A stretch of 64,000 nucleotides of DNA from Chloroflexota bacterium (GTDB lineage Bacteria; Chloroflexota; Dehalococcoidia; Lucifugimonadales; JADFKI01): the NCBI GenBank assembly GCA_027623195.1, contig JAQBUT010000007.1, forward strand, positions 1 to 64,000. The letters are read 5' to 3'. Both the position numbers and the translations under genes were made by a program. This document shows positions 51,752 through 60,081 of this stretch, piece after piece. A model generated the notes under the pieces. It searched no databases, had not been told where the DNA came from, and was given only the letters and a program-made list of their open reading frames with translations. Positions within the stretch are counted from its first letter, which is position 1; every line of letters begins with the position of its first letter.

Positions 51752-54274
51752 ATGCCCGACTACCAACCACTGGACCTGTCTTCGCTCTGCAACGCCGGCC
51801 GGGAGATTCTGGGCAGCCGTGAACGAGCGCCGATAGGACTCCAGATGTTTCACGGCCTACCATTTCTCGTGGGCCGCGACGGCGCTGAGCCAGACGACCG
51901 TAGCTTCCTACTGCTAAACGAGGCCACGGGCGGCATGACGATACCTGTGGCCGACGTGGCGCACAACGTTATCTTCGCGCACAGGGTGCTGGACACGGAA
52001 ATACCCGAGGGCGGGCCTGTCGGCAAAGACGTAGCCGAGTATGTAATTCATTACTCCAATGGGCAGGAGTCCCGAATACCAGTTCGAGAGCGGTTCGAGA
52101 TAGGCTTAATGCCTGCAGACGAGGATGGCACGCGTGCCAACATCGCACTGAGAAGCGTGCCCTTCCTGGCTCTGGGCAACGTGAAGGAGGCCTTACCTCA
52201 GCGTTACGAAGGGCCGTGGGAGGAGACGGGCCGCCGCCAGACGGAGCTTTCCGCGCTGGGAGCATCTGAGCACAGTTACTTCCTCTGGGCCTGGGAGAAC
52301 CCCCGCCCAGCTGACGGGATACAGTCCATAGAAATATTGCCGATGGGGCCGTCGTTCATGATTGCGGCTGTGACCCTGGGAAAGATCGACGAACGCCCAT
52401 TCGTCACCCAGGGAAGAAGGGAGGCCCAGGTCACGCTGATCGACCCAGAGCAGGCCGACCGCCGATTCGACGTAGAGGTCGAGGTGGACCGTGGCCTGGC
52501 CACATTTGTGCATGCCCTGCCACACGCCTCGGCAGACGAGTTCGTGGCCGATTCGATGAAGGGCTATGGAGAGCCTCTGAATTTGCGTTCCAGCCCTGCC
52601 TACGTGGAAATCGCCGCCACGCCTTCGGCAACTGTAACAGTCAACCAGGCAGGGGAAACCGTTGGCGAGGTGAACTGGAAAGAGGTGGAGAGCCAGGGCT
52701 CTGCTTCCACTCCCTCAGTTCGCATCGACCTGCTGGACAGGGGCCGCAACTGGGTCCACGTCACGGTGTTGGACGACGACACCGGCCAGCCGGTCCCGTG
52801 CCGATTGCACTTTCGCTCGCCAGAGGGAATACCCTACCAGCCCCACGGACACCACAACCAGGTGAACTCCAACATGGGCACTTGGCACGTCGACGTGGGC
52901 GGCGACGTTCGCTTGGGCCAGATAACATATGCCTACATCGACGGCAAATGCCAGGGCTGGCTGCCTCGCGGAGAGGTCATCGTAGACGTGGCGCGCGGCT
53001 TCGAATACGAACCCCTGCGGGAGCGAATCACTATCGAGCCGGGCCAACAAGACCTGAAGTTACGCCTGAAGCAATGGACAAACATGAACGCCAAACGCTG
53101 GTTCAGCGGCGACTCCCACGTGCACTTCCTGTCTACCCAGGGTAGTCACTTCGAGTCGCAGGGCGAGGACCTTAACGTGGTCAACCTGCTGCAGTCCCAA
53201 TGGGGCAGCCTTTACACCAACACCGAGGACTTCACGGGCAGGCCCAGCGTATCCGGCGATGGCAGCAACATCGTGTACACCTCTCAGGAGAACCGGCAGC
53301 ACTTTCTCGGCCATATGATTCTCTGGGGACTAAAGGAGCCGGTCATGCCGTGGTGCAGCGACGGCCCCAACGAGGGCGAGCTGGCCGGGATCATGCAAAC
53401 GACCATGAGCCACTGGGCAGACGCCGCGCATGGCCAGGGGGGTCGCGTTGTCCTTCCTCACTTCCCACATCCGAATGGCGAGCCCGCAACCTTGATAGCC
53501 ACAGGCAGGGTGGACGGCGTGGAGATGATCCGTCACGAGCGTTTCAACCACGTCGAATACTACCGATACCTGAACTGCGGCTACAGGCTCCCCCTGGTGG
53601 GCGGCACTGACAAGATGAGCAACGAAGTGCCGGTGGGTCTCTATCGCACTTACGCATACGTTCCTGATGAACAAGAATTCAACTACGAGAACTGGTGCGC
53701 GGCGGTGTCCGCAGGCCGCACGTTCCTAAGCGGAGGCCCGCTCTTGGACTTCTCTGTAGACGGCCACCAGATCGGCGATACAGTCCATATGTCCAGCGCA
53801 GGGACAGTGGAGGTGCGGGCCTCTGCGGAGAGCATTCTGCCTATCCATACGCTGCAGTTGGTTCAAAACGGACGTGTGATTGCTTCCACTGAGGACCTTT
53901 CTGGCACGCGCCGACTGGAGCTGCGGGAGTCTGTCCAGATCGAGGCCAATTCTTGGCTGGCGGTGCGCTGCGGTGGCCCCAACTACATCGACAGCACCCC
54001 GCACTACGACGTCTGGAACCGGGGAGTATTCGCCCACACTTCGCCTATATACATGGCCGTCGGTGGCGACTGGGAGATGTACGATCAGGACGCGGCTCAG
54101 TACATGCTTACTATGATAGAGGGAGGCATGTCCTACGTCCGCCAGACCTCGCACCAGCACGCGCCGGCCTCCGTTACGCACCACCACGGCGAGGACGACC
54201 ACATGGCCTACCTGCTGCGGCCCTTCCTGGAGGCTCACGAGGCCATGCTGGCCAGAATGCACCGGCAGCGCTGA
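51752..54274 (+). CDS. CehA/McbA family metallohydrolase
   Basis: ARGFEYEP, WFSGDSHVH, QENRQHFLGH, YYRYLNCGYRLPLVGGTD, GRTFLSGGP, AHTSPIY. Confidence 0.85.
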   Translation: MPDYQPLDLSSLCNAGREILGSRERAPIGLQMFHGLPFLVGRDGAEPDDRSFLLLNEATGGMTIPVADVAHNVIFAHRVLDTEIPEGGPVGKDVAEYVIHYSNGQESRIPVRERFEIGLMPADEDGTRANIALRSVPFLALGNVKEALPQRYEGPWEETGRRQTELSALGASEHSYFLWAWENPRPADGIQSIEILPMGPSFMIAAVTLGKIDERPFVTQGRREAQVTLIDPEQADRRFDVEVEVDRGLATFVHALPHASADEFVADSMKGYGEPLNLRSSPAYVEIAATPSATVTVNQAGETVGEVNWKEVESQGSASTPSVRIDLLDRGRNWVHVTVLDDDTGQPVPCRLHFRSPEGIPYQPHGHHNQVNSNMGTWHVDVGGDVRLGQITYAYIDGKCQGWLPRGEVIVDVARGFEYEPLRERITIEPGQQDLKLRLKQWTNMNAKRWFSGDSHVHFLSTQGSHFESQGEDLNVVNLLQSQWGSLYTNTEDFTGRPSVSGDGSNIVYTSQENRQHFLGHMILWGLKEPVMPWCSDGPNEGELAGIMQTTMSHWADAAHGQGGRVVLPHFPHPNGEPATLIATGRVDGVEMIRHERFNHVEYYRYLNCGYRLPLVGGTDKMSNEVPVGLYRTYAYVPDEQEFNYENWCAAVSAGRTFLSGGPLLDFSVDGHQIGDTVHMSSAGTVEVRASAESILPIHTLQLVQNGRVIASTEDLSGTRRLELRESVQIEANSWLAVRCGGPNYIDSTPHYDVWNRGVFAHTSPIYMAVGGDWEMYDQDAAQYMLTMIEGGMSYVRQTSHQHAPASVTHHHGEDDHMAYLLRPFLEAHEAMLARMHRQR

Positions 54275-54413
54275 TAGAAGTGCCTGACCCAAAATTGCTG
54301 ACCGGTTGCAATCACACACGAATTACGGCTTTCCGCAAAGTACGACTGTTTCGCTATGGTCCTTCGAAGAGATAGTGGCGAACCAGACGTCCTAAGACGA
54401 CATTTTGCAAAAC

Positions 54414-54447
54414 AAAAAAAGAGAGGCCCGGTGCTCCGGACCTCTCT
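54414..54447 (-). terminator. Intrinsic terminator
   Basis: Minus strand GAGAGGTCCGG-AGCA-CCGGGCCTCTC followed by T7. Confidence 0.85.
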
Positions 54448-54740
54448 TCGCCTTATTCAGTTGTCGTACCCTTCGGCCACACACTCCCGGCATTGAATGC
54501 CAGATAAGCTCGTCCTACTAATTTATCTTCGGACTGTACAGCTTTAGTTCTCTATTTAAGTGAGCCTCAGGTGTTGGACTCCCCTGCTGGCTGTGTCCAC
54601 CTTGCTTACCCCTCAAGCTCGCCAGCAGGGGCCATTAAAGGGAACTTCCACGCATGATTCATAATGAATACTCGCTCCAAATGCCACCCCTTTCTGGCCT
54701 TTCGCCGATTTCCCTGGGGAAATCTCATTTACTTAGGTCA
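54414..54740 (-). ncRNA. Putative ~330-nt small RNA, possibly encoding a 24-aa peptide (54606-54680)
   Basis: Promoter TTGACC-17-TAAATT, terminator, internal 11-bp inverted repeat, SD-like AAAGGGGTG before TTG. Confidence 0.5.
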
Positions 54741-54745
54741 CCTCT

Positions 54746-54774
54746 AATTTACGCCTGTACACTGGTGGGGTCAA
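54746..54774 (-). promoter_or_regulatory. Sigma70-type promoter
   Basis: TTGACC (54774-54769), 17-nt spacer, TAAATT (54751-54746). Confidence 0.6.
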
Positions 54775-54837
54775 TTGGGTTGGCGTGAGGAAAATGTGAG
54801 GATGGTATGAAAGGCTTCTATCAGTTCGTGAAGGCAT

Positions 54838-55272
54838 CTAAGCCTTGACTTCCACTCGTGCCTTCAGCGCCTCGTTCATGTCGTAAAAGCCCTGTTCTAC
54901 CTTACGTAACATGCCGCCCATTAGAGGCACCATTATCCCGCCGAAGTGCTCACCGTGGACGAACGTGACTTGTCCTTCAGCTTGGGGCTCAATCATGAAG
55001 TAGTGCTGGCCAGTGAATAGAATCTTATGCAAGAACACGCCGACCCAACGCAATTCCCTGTTGGGTTCCACAGTCATAAGCCTGGTCTTGAATCCCATCG
55101 CTTTGCCACCGGGCGGTTCCATAAAGATGTCCAGATGGCCGCCTTGCCGCAATTCACCGCTGGCTCTGGTTATAAATGGATTCCACTCCGGGAATTTCTC
55201 CAGGTCTGTCAGCACACTCCAGACGTTTTCGGCTGAGGCGTTAATTGCAATCTCCTTACGTATTTGTTTCAT
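54838..55272 (-). CDS. SRPBCC (polyketide cyclase/dehydrase-like) domain protein
   Basis: INASAENVWSVLTD...PEWNPF, ELRW, GQHYF, MNEALKARVE. Confidence 0.88.
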   Translation of the reverse strand: MKQIRKEIAINASAENVWSVLTDLEKFPEWNPFITRASGELRQGGHLDIFMEPPGGKAMGFKTRLMTVEPNRELRWVGVFLHKILFTGQHYFMIEPQAEGQVTFVHGEHFGGIMVPLMGGMLRKVEQGFYDMNEALKARVEVKA

Positions 55273-55307
55273 GATTTCGCTCTCCTGACCAGCGTAAAAT
55301 TAGGTTG

Positions 55308-56390
55308 TTACAACTCAGACTCAATTTTCCTTCGCAGCCTGCGGATCCACCACAACAACATGCTATTGGAACGACCGCTGATTAAGGAAAAGGCGATAGC
55401 CCGATAGATCCAGCCCCGGCTAACTTTAGAAGGCCTTTCCGGGCTCAGCCATGCCTGATTAGCGGCCAGACTCGCCAGCGTTCCCAGTCCAATAACAACA
55501 GGCCAAAGCGCAGCCAGTCTTAGCCTCAGGTTCCGTCGTGGGATGGCCAGAACATACCGCTTGGCTGCTTCGTAATGCTCCAACGTCAGCCTGATACCGT
55601 TCACCAACACAGGGCGGGCCTGGAGGCCTCTGCCGGGATCAAGAAGGTCCGAAGGCGTCAGGCCCAGTTCCATTAGCGCATCCGATGCCAGGTAGCATCG
55701 TCCAATACGCAGGTCTTTCGGAACATCCCTGAGCACGTTCGTCATCTGAAGAGCCTTCCCGAACCGCACTCCCAATCTGGACATTTCAACCACATCCCAG
55801 TGGCGTAGCGATGGCGTATAAGACACCATGATTGCCGTCCAGAACTCACCTACGCATCCGGCGACATGGTACACGTAGTCGTCCAAGGCAATGGCGTTGC
55901 TCAGGGCAATAGCATCTCCCGAGTTTTCATCGGGGAAGGTCCGAAGGTCTATCTCCATTCCCCGCGTCAACCCAACGACCACGGACCGCACGGCGTCCCC
56001 ATCGTTATCAGGCAAACGCTCCATAAGCGCGAACGCCTCCGGTAAGGACCGTAAAAGCTCCACTTCCCTGGTTACCGGCTGAAGTTCATCCAGAGAGGCC
56101 CCTATATTTCGCAACATCTTGGGATTGGAGGGACCAGAAACCTGCGCCCTGAAATCCAAAATATGCCTCAGCCGTTCATCTGGGGGAACTAGGGTTGTGT
56201 CTGCAATGGTATCCGCCGCCCTGGCCAACAGGTACGCCAGACCAACAGGCTCGCGCACGCCCCTGGGAAGTATCCGCAGTGTTAAGTAAAAGGACCTGGA
56301 CACCCCTTTGAGGAGATCGGTGAGGAGGCGATGCTTATCGTCATGAGAAACGACGGGGGGCCTGTCGGAAGAAACCTTGTCGTCGGACAT
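55308..56390 (-). CDS. Squalene/phytoene synthase family protein
   Basis: VSRSF, YLLARAADTIAD, YVYHVAGCVGEFW, GKALQMTNVLRDVPKDL, GRCYL. Confidence 0.9.
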   Translation of the reverse strand: MSDDKVSSDRPPVVSHDDKHRLLTDLLKGVSRSFYLTLRILPRGVREPVGLAYLLARAADTIADTTLVPPDERLRHILDFRAQVSGPSNPKMLRNIGASLDELQPVTREVELLRSLPEAFALMERLPDNDGDAVRSVVVGLTRGMEIDLRTFPDENSGDAIALSNAIALDDYVYHVAGCVGEFWTAIMVSYTPSLRHWDVVEMSRLGVRFGKALQMTNVLRDVPKDLRIGRCYLASDALMELGLTPSDLLDPGRGLQARPVLVNGIRLTLEHYEAAKRYVLAIPRRNLRLRLAALWPVVIGLGTLASLAANQAWLSPERPSKVSRGWIYRAIAFSLISGRSNSMLLWWIRRLRRKIESEL

Positions 56391-56400
56391 CTGATACAGC

Positions 56401-56943
56401 CTAGTTATTCAGGCCGCGCTGGAGACCGCGCACGTAGGAGATTTGCCCAAGATGCTGGTCCTCCTCACCGATAAGCTGCCGATACATCCTGGCCATGGAA
56501 AAGCTACGGAATCGGCTGACAGTACCGGCGGTCTCTGGAAACGGAGTGCGGTTGGGGACGTAATCGAAGTCGCTCTCGCCGAGACCTCGTAGAAACGCCA
56601 AGGTCTCCTGTCGGACGGAGGTGAAGTACTCCTGCAATAGGTCCTTCGGGAGGTCCGGGAAAGCGGCCAACTCCTCCACGGACAATCCGAAGCCACTGCC
56701 CTTCTCAGCCAGGCCCAGCCTCTCATGCCAGCGGTCACGCTGCCAAACTGCAGACTCGCCTTTGCCGAACGAGTTGGTCCACCCATCCTCTACCCTGGCC
56801 ACATGCCAGTAAATAAAGGCGATTGAGTTGGCCTCCGGACTTGGCCTCCATGCCATTTCCAGGCTGGTCAACGGCTCAATCGCCACATTGACCCGGCCAT
56901 AATAATCCTCAAGGGTCTCTTCTATAAAATCGCCCAGCCTCAT
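56401..56943 (-). CDS. DinB family protein
   Basis: WRPSPEANSIAFIYWHVARVED, QHLGQISY. Confidence 0.85.
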   Translation of the reverse strand: MRLGDFIEETLEDYYGRVNVAIEPLTSLEMAWRPSPEANSIAFIYWHVARVEDGWTNSFGKGESAVWQRDRWHERLGLAEKGSGFGLSVEELAAFPDLPKDLLQEYFTSVRQETLAFLRGLGESDFDYVPNRTPFPETAGTVSRFRSFSMARMYRQLIGEEDQHLGQISYVRGLQRGLNN

Positions 56944-57111
56944 GTCCGCTCCGTAGAATCTTAATGTATGTATACGCGCGCAACCGGAATTATCTCACGT
57001 TTGCGAGGGTTAATGTCGGCTGAGCACGGACACGGCAACGGGCGCGCCTGTAAAAGATTAAGGAGTACCGAGGAAAGCAACTCTTCGGGAAAAGCCCTGC
57101 CAAAAGAGACT

Positions 57112-57651
57112 CTAGTTAACTGTAATTTTACCTGACATCAATTGAGGCTTCACGGCATTACCGTCGTCGTCGTCCACGCTGCGAATTTCCAACAGAAGGT
57201 CCGAGGTGCCGGCTTTGAGCAACTCGATATCCAAGGTGGCCAATAGGGCCTCTTTGATGTCGCCTTCCAGAAGACCAGGCAAGTCCACTGCCGTGATGTC
57301 TACTGAATCCGCCGGCAGTTCACTTACTATGGTCAGATTGAAATCCGGCAAGCTGACGTTGGATATTCGTGCAATGCTGGGATCAGCGACCGATACGACC
57401 AGTGCGTAACCGGCTATACCTGTCTTGGCATCGTATATGTGTATGGGGATGGGCACCACCTGTCCTACATTTCCAGAGCCTTCGGCTACTTGTATGCGGG
57501 AGCCGGTGACCGTGATGGCTGGCGGCGTAGTCGGCACTACTACTACAGCGGTGGTGGGCGCAGTAGGAGGGCCGGGGTCATCCGGTCCGCCAAAGCAGGC
57601 CACGGCCGCGAGCATGATTGTGGTAGCGATTAACAGGAAAAAAGTGCGCAT
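57112..57651 (-). CDS. Lipoprotein with a single cohesin-like domain
   Basis: Lipobox LAAVAC, PT linker, GIAGYALVVSVADPSIARI...LPADSV...VDDDDG. Confidence 0.75.
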   Translation of the reverse strand: MRTFFLLIATTIMLAAVACFGGPDDPGPPTAPTTAVVVVPTTPPAITVTGSRIQVAEGSGNVGQVVPIPIHIYDAKTGIAGYALVVSVADPSIARISNVSLPDFNLTIVSELPADSVDITAVDLPGLLEGDIKEALLATLDIELLKAGTSDLLLEIRSVDDDDGNAVKPQLMSGKITVN

Positions 57652-57838
57652 AGCAATTACCTAATCTAGTGCAGTCGCTCAGAATACTTCAATAGCCATA
57701 CGACTAGATTACAGGTAAACTTTACGGTTATAGGAATAACTTGCGACTCGTTGCCGATTATACGAGAGCTTGCCCTACGTGAACCCGCAAACCGCCCCTA
57801 AATAATTCAAGAGCAAAGTCATTGAATGCCGTACAAAT

Positions 57839-58135
57839 ATGAATAAAGTAGTTGTCAATATCGAGACTGTGAGCGATATAAGGGCCAGCGAAACAATGGC
57901 TGACCTGAGAAATGTCGTGGAGAACCTTTACTTTCCGATGCGGATTGCCGGCTTCTGGGATTTTCAAGCCGATGTTCACCTCTGTCCGCAGGAGGAACGC
58001 CGGCAGGATTGTCCGCACGGGCTTGGGGATGTTGAAGCCCGTAAGTCTGCTTACGTCGATACATTGCAGAAAGAGCGCAACGCCAATGTGGAAGTCTACT
58101 TTCCGCACGCCGGGATGACCTTCTACATGACCTGA
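57839..58135 (+). CDS. Hypothetical protein
   Basis: 98-aa ORF filling an intergenic gap; no recognised motif. Confidence 0.55.
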   Translation: MNKVVVNIETVSDIRASETMADLRNVVENLYFPMRIAGFWDFQADVHLCPQEERRQDCPHGLGDVEARKSAYVDTLQKERNANVEVYFPHAGMTFYMT

Positions 58136-58250
58136 TTTTTTTGGATTTTGGATTTCCCGTCAAAGCGCCTGCCTCGCTGTGCTTGACCATGCGACGAAAA
58201 AGTAACTGAGAAAACACCCAATGGATAACCCACAACTGGAGGTTCCCACT

Positions 58251-59846
58251 ATGCCCATTCCAAACCCAGCACGCCCTTCCCTGGCACCGTACGAGCTGTA
58301 CCCCTTACAAGACCTATTGAGCAGGACATCAAAACGGCTTCCGGATAAGGTTGCCATAATCGACGGTGACAGAACATTCACTTTCCAGCAATTGCAGTCC
58401 TATTCCGACAAGCTCGCTGCGGCGTTAACGGGCATTGGCGTCAGCCCTGGCGATAGAGTAGGTCTGCTGGCTCCCAACTGTGCCGAATTCGAAATAGCCT
58501 TCTTTGGCATCGTCAAAGCCGGGGCCATTGCGAGCACAATAAACTCTGGCTATCGCGAGCGGGAGATAGCCCATCAGCTCAACAACAGCGGCGCAGAGCT
58601 GCTAATCGTCCACGAGGCCATGCTGGAGATGGCGGAATCGGCGAAAAGCGACATTCCAGCGCTCAAGCGAATGATCGTTATTAAGGAAGGCTCGATTGAA
58701 CCCACATCCTTCTGGGGAATAATCGAAGGCTCGACCTCCGAACCACCGGCGATAAACGTAGACGCCTTGAATGACCTGGTCGCCCTGCCCTACTCAAGCG
58801 GCACCACAGGGTTCCCCAAGGGCGTCATGCTGACTCATCAAAACCTTACGAGTAACGTTGAACAGCTCATCAACAGGCCTGGAGAGGCAGCAGTTTGCAC
58901 CGAGAACGACGTTGTCCTTGTGCACCTTCCCCTGTTCCACATCTACGGCATGAACGTGATCATGAATCCCTGCATTGCTTTGGGCGCCACGCAGGTAATG
59001 ATGGGCCGCTTCGATATGGAATATCTCCTCAGGCTACTGTCAGAGCATAAAGTCACAGTTTTTTATTCCGTGCCACCGGTTGGACTCGGACTCAGCCAAT
59101 ATCCCGGCGTAGCGAAATACGACCTTAGTTCAATTAGATATGGGCTGTTCGGAGCAGCGCCCCTTTCTTCGGACCTGCAGGACAGGATTCAGGCGGCTCT
59201 GGGTTTCCCTATTATTCAAGGCTACGGTTTGACTGAGACCTCACCAGTGACCAACGTAGATTTCATAGAAGCCAACCGCCGAAAGCCCGGCTCCATAGGG
59301 CCGGCAACATCAGACACTGAGCAGAAAGTTGTGGACGTGGAGGACTTTACCAGGGAGGTCCCTTTTGGCGAGTCGGGAGAGCTATTGATCCGCGGCCCCC
59401 AGGTCATGCAGGGCTACTACAATGATCCGGATGCCAGCGCGGATACGCTAACGCCAGACGAATGGCTGCGCACCGGAGACATTGTCCGCATGGACGAAGA
59501 CGGCTACGTCTGGGTTCTGGACCGCAAGAAGGAGCTAATCAAATACAAGGGCTTTCAGGTGCCGCCCGCCGAGCTAGAAGGCCTTCTGCTAGAGCATCCG
59601 GCCGTCGCCGACGCGGCCGTCATTGGCAAAGCCGACGAGGAGTCTGGGGAAATTCCGAAAGCCTTCGTGGTACGCAAAGCAGGCCAGCAGGTCTCAGCAG
59701 AAGACATCATGGAATTTGTCGCAGGCAAAGTTTCCACCTTCAAGCACGTGCGCGAAGTCGAGTTCGTCGAGGCCATACCCAAGAATCCATCGGGCAAAAT
59801 TCTACGCCGAATTCTTGTTGAACAGGAGCGGGCAAAGTCTGGTTGA
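58251..59846 (+). CDS. AMP-dependent acyl-CoA synthetase (4-coumarate-CoA ligase-like)
   Basis: YSSGTTGFPKG, QGYGLTE, LRTGD, DRKKELIKYKGFQVPPAELE, PKNPSGK. Confidence 0.93.
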   Translation: MPIPNPARPSLAPYELYPLQDLLSRTSKRLPDKVAIIDGDRTFTFQQLQSYSDKLAAALTGIGVSPGDRVGLLAPNCAEFEIAFFGIVKAGAIASTINSGYREREIAHQLNNSGAELLIVHEAMLEMAESAKSDIPALKRMIVIKEGSIEPTSFWGIIEGSTSEPPAINVDALNDLVALPYSSGTTGFPKGVMLTHQNLTSNVEQLINRPGEAAVCTENDVVLVHLPLFHIYGMNVIMNPCIALGATQVMMGRFDMEYLLRLLSEHKVTVFYSVPPVGLGLSQYPGVAKYDLSSIRYGLFGAAPLSSDLQDRIQAALGFPIIQGYGLTETSPVTNVDFIEANRRKPGSIGPATSDTEQKVVDVEDFTREVPFGESGELLIRGPQVMQGYYNDPDASADTLTPDEWLRTGDIVRMDEDGYVWVLDRKKELIKYKGFQVPPAELEGLLLEHPAVADAAVIGKADEESGEIPKAFVVRKAGQQVSAEDIMEFVAGKVSTFKHVREVEFVEAIPKNPSGKILRRILVEQERAKSG

Positions 59847-60081
59847 CCGCCTGGTACCCTGCGCTCTCTGAAAAACGGCATGAGCCAGGGTTAGCCAGGG
59901 GGCCTAGATTATTCCCACCACATCCCATACGGTATTACGTGTGTACTTTGTTCGCAGTACACACGTAGCTCGGACGATGTACATGTCTGTCGGGCGGGCA
60001 ATATGCTATGTAGTATAATTAGCCGAATTTTGACGCCGACGTGACCGCTTTGTTCCGGATTTTCCGCATGGGCCGCCCCTA

